Source of the DNA: an uncultured Alphaproteobacteria bacterium
Lineage (GTDB): Bacteria > Pseudomonadota > Alphaproteobacteria > Rhizobiales > Xanthobacteraceae
DNA length: 64,000 nt
Assembly: GCA_963830015.1 (NCBI GenBank)
Contig: CAWHLG010000004.1
Span: 657-64,656, forward strand
Reading direction: 5' to 3'
Both the position numbers and the translations under genes were made by a program. Positions 28,091 through 38,379 of the stretch are shown in pieces. Below the pieces are notes generated by a model. The model made no database searches, was not told where the DNA came from, and worked only from the letters and a program-made list of their open reading frames with translations. Positions within the stretch are counted from its first letter, which is position 1. Each line of letters starts with the position of its first letter.

Positions 28091-29363
28091 CTACTTTATC
28101 GGCTGCGCCGCCGAATGCCACCCGGCGGTAAAGCCCGTCTCGGCCGCGGCCTGCCGCAGGACCAGCACGAACATCAGCAGCATGGCCGGCACGCCGAGCG
28201 GAACCAGCGTCTGCTCGGCGATACTGCGGGCGATCAGCGGCATGAACCAGAGCAGCGCCAGCGCGGTTTTCTGCCAGGGCGCGAAGCCGCGGGCGAGGCC
28301 GTCGGCCGCAAGAAATGCAATCGCCGGGGCGAGAATCACGAGGTCGTAGTCGAGGCTGTAGGGCGTGGCGAGAACCAGCGCGACGATCAGCGCCGCGGCC
28401 TTGAGCGGATAGGCCGCGGCGCTGCGCCAGAGCCAGGTCAGCGCCGCTGCGACCGCGATCATCACCGCGCCTTGCGCGACGTAGGCGAGGGGATGCCGCC
28501 GCCCCACATCCGCACCATCGCGAACACGCTCTGGATCTTGTGCCAGCCGGTGCCGCCCTGCTCCAGCACCTCGACGCGGGTGAGATGCGCCGAGCCGAAA
28601 AACGCTCGCCAGACGTCGGGGCCGAACGCGACAAAGGTTGCAAGCGTGAGAGCCGCGACTGTCGCCGCTGCGGCGAGGAACGCGCGCCAGCGGCCGGTCG
28701 CGCCCAGCACCAGCGGGATCATCACGCCGAATTGCGGCTTGTAGGCCATCAGGCCGAACAGGACTCCGGCGACCAGCGGCCGGCGGTCGAGCACCACCAG
28801 CGCCGTGCCGATCAGCGCCGCGGTGAGAAAGCCGTTGTGGCCGTGGCCGATGTTGACGAACACCGCCGGGAAGGCGAGGGCTGCGAGCAGCCACAACGGG
28901 CTCTCCAGCGCGCGTGGTTTCAGCGCGCATCGTTTCGGAGCGGAGGAGCGCAGGATCAGCCACACCGCGCCGAGATAGAGCGCAAGCGTCGCCGCCTGCC
29001 ACGCCGCCAGCGCCAGAGCGTAAGGCATCAGCGCCAGCAGTCCGGCGACGAACAGGAAATAGGGCGGATAGTGCCAGCCGTAAAACGGAGTCTTGTCGCC
29101 GAAGATCTGCCGCTCGCGTCCGTGCTGCGCCGGCCAGTCGAACGCCGCCGCGGGCTTGCCGTCCAGCACATGGGTGCCGGCCGCATAGACGTTGGAGAAG
29201 TCGGTGCCGAGCGGCCGGCCCTGATAGTCGTTGAGCCCGTCCGACGTCGCGAGCAGGAACCGAGGCCGAGAACCGAAGCGGCAAGCATCGCGACCGCCCA
29301 AAGGCGGGTGCGCTCGCGGGTGAGCCACCGGCCGTCACGCATTGCGGCGAAGAAAGCGCTCAT
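28091..29363 (-). CDS. GT87/DUF2029 family membrane glycosyltransferase (two homopolymer frameshifts, ~29265 and ~28490)
   Basis: GTDFSNVYAAG, WHYPP, GHNGF, YKPQFG and PYSLDYD motifs across three joined frames. Confidence 0.82.
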
Positions 29364-29510
29364 CGAATTGGGCTCTGGTGCGTCAAAAGGCCTATCAGTG
29401 CAGCCTTAAGAGAGCGTTTCGCGGCGGTTTTCCCGATTGCCTTTGGCCCACGATGGAACGACGATGACCCGACAAGCCGGGCAAACCGGCGCTTTGATGG
29501 GAGGATTGTC

Positions 29511-30527
29511 ATGCGCCGCTTCGCGCGCGTTGCCGCTGCCGGCTGTCTCGCAACGTTTGTCACGGCGGCGCAGGCCTTCACGCCCGATCAGGTCGACCGC
29601 GCCGCGGCGATCAAGGAAGGCAACGTCAGCTGGTACACCTCGACGCCGTTTCCGCTGGTGCAAAATCTCGCCGACAAGTTCACCGCCGACACCGGCATCA
29701 AGGTGACGCTGCTGCGCTCCGGCGGCGAGGCGGTGCTGCGCCGCTTCCTTCAGGAATATCAGGCGGGGCAGGCCGGCGCCGACATCATCACCATGTCGGA
29801 TGCCGCGGCGGCGAGCGGCATGACCCGGCGCGGCATCTTCGTGCCGTTCAGGCCGGACGGCTTCGACAAGGTGATCGAAGGCGCCAAGGACAAGGACGGC
29901 CACTGGATCGCCCAGCGCGTGCACCTGATCGGCATGCCGGTGCGCACCGACCTGGTGCCGGAGGCCGACCGGCCGAAGACCTGGTCCGATCTCAGGAATC
30001 CAAAATACAAGGGCAAGATGGTGATGCCCGACCCGTCGTTCACCGCGATCCAGCTCCTGGTGGTCGGCATGCTGTCGCAGAAGCTCGGCTGGGATTTCTA
30101 CAAGGCGCTGCGCGCCAACGACACGATGATCGTGCAGGGTCATCAGCAGGTCTACAAGACCATGCAGACCGGCGAGCGCTCGATCGGCGCCGAGGGCTCC
30201 GATCCGCGCAGCTTCAACGACGGCAAGGACCTGCCGAACCAGCAGGTGATCTATCCGACCGAAGGCGTGTTCGAGATATGCTCGCCGGTCGCGATCATCA
30301 AGAACGCGAAGAACCCGAACGCGGCGAAGCTGTTCGCGCAGTTCATGCTGTCGCCGCTGGCGCAGAAGATGATCGCCGACAACGCGATCCATTCGTCGCG
30401 GGTCGATATCGCGGCGCCCGCGGGCCAGCCGTCGCTGAAAGAGGTGAAATACATTCCGATCGATCTCGATCACATCGAGAAGAATGCGAAGGACCTGAAG
30501 GCGCGGTTCAACGATATTTTCCAGTAG
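29511..30527 (+). CDS. ABC-type extracellular solute-binding protein (Fe3+/polyamine/thiamine-like class)
   Basis: Signal peptide, WYTS, KTWSDL...YKGK, IIKNAKNPNAAKLF. Confidence 0.82.
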   Translation: MRRFARVAAAGCLATFVTAAQAFTPDQVDRAAAIKEGNVSWYTSTPFPLVQNLADKFTADTGIKVTLLRSGGEAVLRRFLQEYQAGQAGADIITMSDAAAASGMTRRGIFVPFRPDGFDKVIEGAKDKDGHWIAQRVHLIGMPVRTDLVPEADRPKTWSDLRNPKYKGKMVMPDPSFTAIQLLVVGMLSQKLGWDFYKALRANDTMIVQGHQQVYKTMQTGERSIGAEGSDPRSFNDGKDLPNQQVIYPTEGVFEICSPVAIIKNAKNPNAAKLFAQFMLSPLAQKMIADNAIHSSRVDIAAPAGQPSLKEVKYIPIDLDHIEKNAKDLKARFNDIFQ

Positions 30528-30534
30528 CCACCGG

Positions 30535-30639
30535 CGTCATTCCGGGGCGCGAGCGAAGCTCGCGAACCCGGAATCCATACTCCGCAGCAGTGGCTATGGA
30601 TTCCGGGTTCACGGGCTTTGCTCGCGCCCCGGAATGACG
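30535..30639. repeat. REP-like palindrome (CGTCATTCCGGGGCGCG...CGCGCCCCGGAATGACG family)
   Basis: Perfect terminal inverted arms and inner AACCCGGAATCCAT/ATGGATTCCGGGTT arms, between convergent genes. Confidence 0.88.
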
Positions 30640-30644
30640 GTGCC

Positions 30645-32351
30645 CTAATTGCCCAGCAGGGCAGCTTCAAACGCGCTGGCGATGGCTTCCTTGCTCTTGC
30701 CCGCCTTCGCGGCGTCGCCGATCACGACCACGGTCTGGCCCGGACGCGCGAGCTTGCGGAAACTTTCGCCGGTGGCGGTGCGCGCGCGATAGTAGAACCA
30801 GTCGCGCACTTCGGGCTTCATGGCGAACTTTGACACGACCGGCCAGTGGCCCGCGCCGCGCTCCAGCATCTTCATCAGCATCGGTCCGAGCCCGAGCGGA
30901 TAGGCCGCGCCGGTCGCGATCACGATCCGGTCGAACGGCGCGAGCAGCAGCGGGTCGCGCGTCACGTCGGTGGCGAAGCGGAAGTTCACGTGTTTCTTCC
31001 GGCATGCCGCGACCATGTCGCCGATGTGCCGCAGCAGGCTGTCCGGATTGGCCTCGACCTCCTGGAACAACGGCGCAAGCCCGGCATAGCGGAACGCGCC
31101 GCCGGCGTTCATGTCCTTTTCGAACACCGTCACAGAGTTGCCTTCGGCGACCAGCGACGCATAGGCGAGGCCCGCGGGCCCGGCGCCGATCACCGCGATG
31201 CGCTGGCCCTGCGGCGGTCTTGCCCCGGAAAACATCGCCTCGCGCCCTGCCGCGCCGTTGACCACGCATGAGATGCCCGCGCCGCTTCGCATGCCGTCGA
31301 CGCAGGTGTTGCAGGCGAGGCAGCGCCGGGTCGGCTCGTTGTTGCGCAGCTTTTCGACCCATTGCGGGTCGGCGACCAGCGTGCGGCCGAGCGCGATGAA
31401 ATCCGCCTTGCCGCTTTCGACCGCCTGCGTCGCCGTTGCCGGATCGCCGAGGCGACCGACCGCGATCACGGGCACGTTCACCTGCTGCTTGATATCGGCG
31501 GCGTATTCGAGAAACGGCGCATCCGGCTCGTTCATCGGCGGGATCATGCGGTGCGCGGTGGGCTTCGAGCGGTAATGCCCCGCGGTGACGTGGATCGCGT
31601 CGGCGCCGGCGTTTGCGGCCCAGATCGCGATGGTCTTTCCTTCGTCGTAAGTGAGCCCGCCGTCGAAATAGTCGTCGACCGACACCCGGTAGATCACGCC
31701 GAGCCCCGGCGCCGCGGCGTGCACCGCGCGCAGCACATCGAGCCCGAAGCGGGCGCGGTTCTCCAGGCTGCCGCCGTATTCGTCGGTGCGCCGGTTCTCG
31801 AACGGCGCGTGGAATTGCGAGATCAGGTAGCCGTGTGCCGCGTGGATCTCCACGCAGTCGAACCCGGCCCATTGCGCGCGCTTGGCCGCCGCGGCGTAGG
31901 CCGCCGTGGTCTGCGCGATCCGGCTCCGGGTCATCGCCTCCGGAATGATGGTCTCGAGCGTCGTCTCGTAGACCGGATGCGGAATCGCCGACGGCGCGAC
32001 CGGCGTCTCGCCACAGATATCGACGCGCGTATGTCCGCCGCCGTGGCCGAGTTGAATCGACGCCTTGGCGCCGCCGCGGTGGATCTCGCGCACCAGCCGC
32101 GTCAGGCCGGGAAGGAAACGGTCGTCATAGATGCCGAGCTCGCGCCGGCGATGCCGCCCGGCTTTCTCCGGCGACGCCATCTCGACGGTGATGAGGCCTG
32201 TCCCGCCGCGCACCCGCGCCATGTAATAGGCGACGGTCTGGTCGGTGACGTTGCCTTCGTCGTCTGAGCCGCGCGTCGTCATCGGCGGCATGACGATCCG
32301 GTTCGGGATCTCCACCGGGCCGATGCGCGCGGGGGTGAGGAGGATGTTCAT
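30645..32351 (-). CDS. Old-yellow-enzyme family NADH:flavin oxidoreductase with Fe-S motif and FAD-binding tail
   Basis: NRIVMPPM, EIHAAHGYLISQF, NRRTDEYGGSLENR, CLACNTC...C and VIGAGPAG motifs. Confidence 0.9.
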   Translation of the reverse strand: MNILLTPARIGPVEIPNRIVMPPMTTRGSDDEGNVTDQTVAYYMARVRGGTGLITVEMASPEKAGRHRRRELGIYDDRFLPGLTRLVREIHRGGAKASIQLGHGGGHTRVDICGETPVAPSAIPHPVYETTLETIIPEAMTRSRIAQTTAAYAAAAKRAQWAGFDCVEIHAAHGYLISQFHAPFENRRTDEYGGSLENRARFGLDVLRAVHAAAPGLGVIYRVSVDDYFDGGLTYDEGKTIAIWAANAGADAIHVTAGHYRSKPTAHRMIPPMNEPDAPFLEYAADIKQQVNVPVIAVGRLGDPATATQAVESGKADFIALGRTLVADPQWVEKLRNNEPTRRCLACNTCVDGMRSGAGISCVVNGAAGREAMFSGARPPQGQRIAVIGAGPAGLAYASLVAEGNSVTVFEKDMNAGGAFRYAGLAPLFQEVEANPDSLLRHIGDMVAACRKKHVNFRFATDVTRDPLLLAPFDRIVIATGAAYPLGLGPMLMKMLERGAGHWPVVSKFAMKPEVRDWFYYRARTATGESFRKLARPGQTVVVIGDAAKAGKSKEAIASAFEAALLGN

Positions 32352-32356
32352 GGCGC

Positions 32357-32523
32357 TGTGCCCCGGATGCGGTGCCAAAAGCGCGTCCACGCGCATCTTC
32401 GACGCGCTATGGCGTCAGCGGTGCACCGCTGATCCGGGGCCGTATCAGATACCGCCTTTGGAACGGTCCCGGGTCTGCAGCGCATCATTCGCTTACGCTC
32501 ATGCTGCGCTGCGCCCGGGACAC
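32357..32523. repeat. REP-like element (TG(T/C)CCCGGATGCG...GCGCCCGGGACAC family) with nested mini-palindrome
   Basis: Same architecture as 62285..62442; contains AGCGCGTCCACGCGCATCTTCGACGCGCTATGG. Confidence 0.8.
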
Positions 32524-32540
32524 ACGGTGCAACGGCGTGC

Positions 32541-33323
32541 TCACACCGATCTCACTTCGCCGCCGTCGATGTCGATAGCCACCGCATGCACCCAGCGGCC
32601 GTGCGGCGACACCAGGAACGCGATGAACGATCCGAGATCCTGCACGGTGCCGAACCGGCTGATGTTGAACTCCTGCCGATATTCTTCGCGCACGGCAGGC
32701 TCGTCGCGGCCGGTCGCCTGCATGGTCTCGCGGAATCGCCGCCACAGCCGTTCGGTCTCGACGCGCCCCGGATTGATCGAGTTGACCTGCACGCCGTCGG
32801 CCTTGCCGATGTCCGACAGCGCCTTGGTGAAGGCGACGCAGGCTGCATTGACCGAGCTGCCGATGGTGAACGGCGGCTCCGGCTCCTTGCCGCCGATGCC
32901 GGCGATGGTCACCAGCGAGCCCTTCTGCGCCTTCAGCAGCGGCCAGGCTTCGCGGGTGAGCCGGACATGGGCAAAAAACTTCAGCGCAAAGCCGTCCTGC
33001 CAGTCGGCATCGGTCAGCTGGAAGAAGTCGCCGCGCTTGGTGGCGCCCGCGTTGTTGACCAGAATATCCAGCCGGCCGAACTCCTTTCGCACGGCTTCGA
33101 CCAGCGGCTTCTCCGAGCCTTCCTTGCGGAGGTCGAGAACCGAGATCGCGGCCTTCCGGCCCTTTTTGGCCACGTCCGCGGCAACTCCTTTGAGAGCCTC
33201 TTCGTCCCGCCCGGTCAGCATCAGGTCGCAGCCTTCCTCGGCCAGCGACATCGCGATGCCCTGGCCGATGCCGCGGCTCGCCCCGGTCACCAGCGCGACC
33301 TTGTTCCTCAGTCCCAATTCCAT
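32541..33323 (-). CDS. Short-chain dehydrogenase/reductase (SDR)
   Basis: VTGASRGIG, DILVNNAG and VNSINPG motifs. Confidence 0.9.
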   Translation of the reverse strand: MELGLRNKVALVTGASRGIGQGIAMSLAEEGCDLMLTGRDEEALKGVAADVAKKGRKAAISVLDLRKEGSEKPLVEAVRKEFGRLDILVNNAGATKRGDFFQLTDADWQDGFALKFFAHVRLTREAWPLLKAQKGSLVTIAGIGGKEPEPPFTIGSSVNAACVAFTKALSDIGKADGVQVNSINPGRVETERLWRRFRETMQATGRDEPAVREEYRQEFNISRFGTVQDLGSFIAFLVSPHGRWVHAVAIDIDGGEVRSV

Positions 33324-33527
33324 TGCTGTTCCCGCCCCGATGAATGCCGTATTTGCCAGCAATTTCGGCCTTTTCGGCCGGGCTGGCAACGGCTTGGCAG
33401 CGGGCTTTCGGCGGCCGGGCACCAGCGCGTTTACGCGCGTCTGGCACGCGCTAGGCGCGCCGCCCATCAACCGGTTTGATACTGCGATCACCGATTGCGT
33501 CTTGCCGCGACCGCCCCGGACCAATAG

Positions 33528-34784
<1,257 letters not shown>

Positions 34785-34868
34785 ACGACGAAACCGCTGC
34801 CCAGCCGTTCGCCTTTGCGCCGTTTCCGACTTGGGGTAAGTTCCCGCCCCTTCGGAGGAGGGCACTTC

Positions 34869-35339
34869 ATGATTCGTTTCACCACTGTTGCGTTGACGGC
34901 AGGGCTTGTCGCATCGGCCACACAGGTCATGGCGCAGGGCAGCCGCGTCGAGGTCGGCGTGCTCGAATGCCGCGGCTCGACCACGAGCTTCATCGTCGGT
35001 TCGGTCACCGAACTCGGCTGCACGTTCCGTGGCAGCGACAACAGCCCGCCCGAGGCGTACCACGCCACAATCCGCCGCGCCGGTGTCGACATCGGCTTCC
35101 CGCAGCAGGTCGCAGTGGCGTGGGCGGTGTTCGCGCCGACCCGCGGCATCCAGCGCGGCGATCTGGCCGGCTCCTATGCCGGCGCGTCGGCGAGCGCGAC
35201 GGTCGGCATCGGGCTCGGCGCCAACGCGCTGATCGGCGGATCTAACAACACCATCGCGTTTCAGCCGCTGAGCGGCCAGGCGCAGACCGGATTGAGCATC
35301 GCGGCGGGCATCGCCGGCATGGACCTTCGTCCCCGCTGA
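34869..35339 (+). CDS. DUF992 domain-containing secreted protein
   Basis: VGVLEC...CTF, GDLAGSYAGASASATVG, NALIGGSNNTIAFQPLS. Confidence 0.88.
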   Translation: MIRFTTVALTAGLVASATQVMAQGSRVEVGVLECRGSTTSFIVGSVTELGCTFRGSDNSPPEAYHATIRRAGVDIGFPQQVAVAWAVFAPTRGIQRGDLAGSYAGASASATVGIGLGANALIGGSNNTIAFQPLSGQAQTGLSIAAGIAGMDLRPR

Positions 35340-35446
35340 ACGCTTTGCAGGATTTCTGGAAACGCCGCCGCGGCAACGCGGCGGCGTTGTCGTTTCGTTG
35401 GAGCAATATCTCAAAGCATCGGTGGTCTCATCCCTCCCCGCGAGGG

Positions 35447-36642
35447 CAGGGCTATCGCTTTTGGCCGAACAGGCTGAGAAGGAAGCCATCGTCCCAGGCT
35501 GCGGCTTTGACTTTGCGGCGCATGGATATTTGCTCTGGGTGCGCTCGAAGCATGTTGAGTGCGAGCCGTCGCAGGACGGCGAGGTTCTCGGGTGCGTCGT
35601 CCTTTCTTGCGCGGTTGGCATCCTCGGCAAGGACGACGTCGAGAATCCAGTGCATCTGGTTCTCGATGGACCAGTGGGACCGGACGACGGCCAGGAGCCT
35701 GTCGGCTGCAAGGTATTTGGACAGAAGATAGTATCTCACGAAGGGCTTGTCTGCGGGACGCCCTTTGCACTTGCGCCGGGATGTGACTCTGGCAATAGCG
35801 GCAATGCCTGGAAAGTCATGCATCTCGGCGAGCTTGTTGTCGTGCATGACCGTCGCCCGTCGCGCTTCGCGGCGGTCGTGGGCGACCTCGTGAAGCTGGG
35901 TGGCTGTGTCGCGCTCACCGGCGCGGCCAAAGCGGCCTTCGACCGCCGTGAAGAGCTTGCCTTGGTTCTTCTTGAGCGCAAGCACGTAGTGGCCGCCTTG
36001 GTCCCGCACGGTCTTTGCAAAGGCGCGGCTGCAAAACAGTGCATCGGCCGTGACGATTTTGCGCTTCAGCCGCAGCATCTGGAGGACTTCCAGAGCCGCC
36101 TCGTGTTCATTCCTTCCCGGCGCCTTGCGCGAGGCCAGTGCCATGCGTGCCTTGGCGGCAAAGACGTTGATCAGGTGCATCGGCGTGGCGCTCTTGCCCC
36201 GCTCGTAGGCTCCACACAGCGACTTGCCGTCGATCGCGATCACGCCGTTCAGGTCCAGATTATGGAATTTGGCGAACGCCGCCATGAACTGCCGGAACAC
36301 GCGCTCGAAGGCTTCCGGGTCGAGCATGCGAAAGATGTCGCTGAAGACGTCGTGGCTCGGGGTACCCTTCTCCAGCGGCAGAAAGCGGCGCAGCATCTCT
36401 ATCTTGCGCCGGCCAAAGTCGGCCATGTCCGTGGCACTCTCGGCCCCGGACAGAACCGCCGCCAACGCAACAACCAGTATCTCCAGCAAAGGGTACGACG
36501 CATTGGCCGCACGAGGATCGCGCAACTTCCGGAAATGCTTCTTGAGCTTGCCCATCCGGCTCCCCTTTCAAAATCGGGAGCCTTCAGAATCCTGTTCGCA
36601 AATCAAAGCAATAGGTCGCAAAAGCCAAAAGCGATTCCCCTG
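35447..36642 (-). mobile_element. ISAs1-family insertion sequence (1196 bp) with 19-bp terminal IRs and a 10-bp target duplication
   Basis: Left end CAGGGCTATCGCTTTTGGC versus right end (reverse complement) CAGGGGAATCGCTTTTGGC. Direct repeat CCCGCGAGGG at 35437-35446 and 36643-36652. Confidence 0.93.
35452..36555 (-). CDS. ISAs1-family transposase
   Basis: DPR, PSHDVF, IAIDGKSL, TADAL, LALKKNQ, HWSIENQMHWILDV motifs. Frame intact. Confidence 0.95.
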   Translation of the reverse strand: MGKLKKHFRKLRDPRAANASYPLLEILVVALAAVLSGAESATDMADFGRRKIEMLRRFLPLEKGTPSHDVFSDIFRMLDPEAFERVFRQFMAAFAKFHNLDLNGVIAIDGKSLCGAYERGKSATPMHLINVFAAKARMALASRKAPGRNEHEAALEVLQMLRLKRKIVTADALFCSRAFAKTVRDQGGHYVLALKKNQGKLFTAVEGRFGRAGERDTATQLHEVAHDRREARRATVMHDNKLAEMHDFPGIAAIARVTSRRKCKGRPADKPFVRYYLLSKYLAADRLLAVVRSHWSIENQMHWILDVVLAEDANRARKDDAPENLAVLRRLALNMLRAHPEQISMRRKVKAAAWDDGFLLSLFGQKR

Positions 36643-36756
36643 CCCGCGAGGGGAGGGACCGCGCGAAGCGCGGGGGGTGGGGAGAAGCCGGCGATAAAAC
36701 GGCGCCATCTCCCCACCCGGCTGCTTCGCTCGCCACCCCCCTCGCGGGGAGGGATG
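36643..36756. repeat. REP-like element disrupted by ISAs1 (left end at 35428-35446)
   Basis: The reconstructed empty site TCCCTCCCC-GCGA-GGGGAGGGA pairs with the inverted copy CCCCCC-TCGC-GGGGAGGGATG at ~36736-36756. Confidence 0.8.
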
Positions 36757-36773
36757 GCGCCGGAGCAAGCGGC

Positions 36774-38315
36774 CTACTTAGCCCGCATGCGGCCGTCGAC
36801 GCCGGTGCGTATGCCGCCCTGCTCGCGCAGATAGACCATCACCTCGTTGGAAAGCCGCGGCGTGTCATCGAGCGGCACCACCGGCTTGATGTTGGTCAGC
36901 GAGGTGTAGCCGTCGCTGCCGCGGGCGACGAAATCGTTGGTCGTCACCCGGTAGACCCGCGTCGGGCTGAGCGGCGCGCCGCCGACCGCGATCGAAAGCA
37001 CGCGGCTGCCGGGCGGCCGTCGCGGATCGTATTCGACCCGCATGCCCGATACGTGGGGAAAGCGTCCGGCGAGGGCGGGCAGGCGCGACAGGCCGTTCTC
37101 GATGGCCGCGCGCAGGTCGGCGCCTTTGACCTCGATCGTGACCATGTGATTGCCGAACGGCAGTTCGGCGAGCACGTCGCGGCGCGTCACCGGCGAGCCC
37201 GGCGGATAGACCTTGCCGGCGCGGATGCCGCCGCCGTTCATCAGCCCCACGTCGGCGCGGCCGCGCGCCCGCATCGCGTCGGCGATGAGATTGCCGATGG
37301 CGGCCTCGCGTCCGCGCACCGTGGCGTTGCGGCTGTCGAGCTCGACCGAGGTCGTGCCGAGCGGCACGTCCATTTCCCGGCTGAGCTCCTGTTCCAGGCT
37401 CGCCACCGCCGCCGCGACCTCCGGGTCCGGCGTGACGGTCGCGGTGTCGACGACCCGGAACTGCGGCCACCAGGCGACCGCGCGCGCGCCATCCTGCTGC
37501 TTCACCTCGATGGTCATGTCGATCAGCGTGACATAGTGCGCGTCGTAGCCCAACTCGACCATCGCCGCGCGCCCGTCGAACTGGATGAACAGATCGTGAT
37601 TGTGTCCCGTCAGCACGAGATCGACGGCGCGCGATTCGATGACGTCCTGCCCGCGGTAGCGGTCGACGTGCATCACGGCGACGACGAAATCGGCGCCTTC
37701 GCGGCGCAGTGCTTCGGCCTGCTCGCGCATGACCGCGCCGGCGGGCGCGAATTTGAGATCCTCCGGCGACGACATGCGCGGCGTGTCTTCGTGCGCCGCG
37801 CCGGTCAGCCCGATGCGAACGCCGTCCACCGTGACGATCTCGCGATCCTTGAAGCCCGCGAGCGGCTGGCCGTCCGCTGTCCGCATGTTGGCGGCGAAGC
37901 GCGGGAAGTTCGCCTCGCCCATCCGCTTGATGAAAACAGCCTTGCCGAAATCGAACTCATGGTTGCCCGGTGCGAAGATGTCCGGCTTGAGCATGTTGGT
38001 CAGGACCATGATGTGGGCGCCCTGGTCGATTCCCGACATCAGCGAGGGCGACAGCGTGTCGCCGCCATGCGCCAGGATGACGTGCCCGCCCGAAGAACGG
38101 GCGCGCTCCCGCTCGGCCTTCACCACCGCGGCGAGCCGCGCGAAGCCGCCGCGGCTCTTGCCGTCGGGCATTGCGGTCTCGCCCATCTGGTAGATGTCGT
38201 TCATCAGGATGAAGGTGACCTTCGCGGTCTCCGCCCATGCGGCGCCGTGCGCCAGTATGAGTGTGGCGGCGAGCCAGACGGCAGCGGCTAGGTGGCGAAG
38301 TTTGTTCCCGGACAT
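36774..38315 (-). CDS. Bifunctional metallophosphatase/5'-nucleotidase (UshA-like), secreted
   Basis: MNDIY, HGGDTLSPS, PGNHEFD, TGHNH, VRGREAAIGNLIADAM, NGGGIR, LPFGN. Start uncertain. Confidence 0.9.
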   Translation of the reverse strand: MSGNKLRHLAAAVWLAATLILAHGAAWAETAKVTFILMNDIYQMGETAMPDGKSRGGFARLAAVVKAERERARSSGGHVILAHGGDTLSPSLMSGIDQGAHIMVLTNMLKPDIFAPGNHEFDFGKAVFIKRMGEANFPRFAANMRTADGQPLAGFKDREIVTVDGVRIGLTGAAHEDTPRMSSPEDLKFAPAGAVMREQAEALRREGADFVVAVMHVDRYRGQDVIESRAVDLVLTGHNHDLFIQFDGRAAMVELGYDAHYVTLIDMTIEVKQQDGARAVAWWPQFRVVDTATVTPDPEVAAAVASLEQELSREMDVPLGTTSVELDSRNATVRGREAAIGNLIADAMRARGRADVGLMNGGGIRAGKVYPPGSPVTRRDVLAELPFGNHMVTIEVKGADLRAAIENGLSRLPALAGRFPHVSGMRVEYDPRRPPGSRVLSIAVGGAPLSPTRVYRVTTNDFVARGSDGYTSLTNIKPVVPLDDTPRLSNEVMVYLREQGGIRTGVDGRMRAK

Positions 38316-38379
38316 TGGTTCTCTGCTAGCACGCATGCGCCACGTCCGGCTATGCTCGGCCGGATGCGACATGTCAGCC

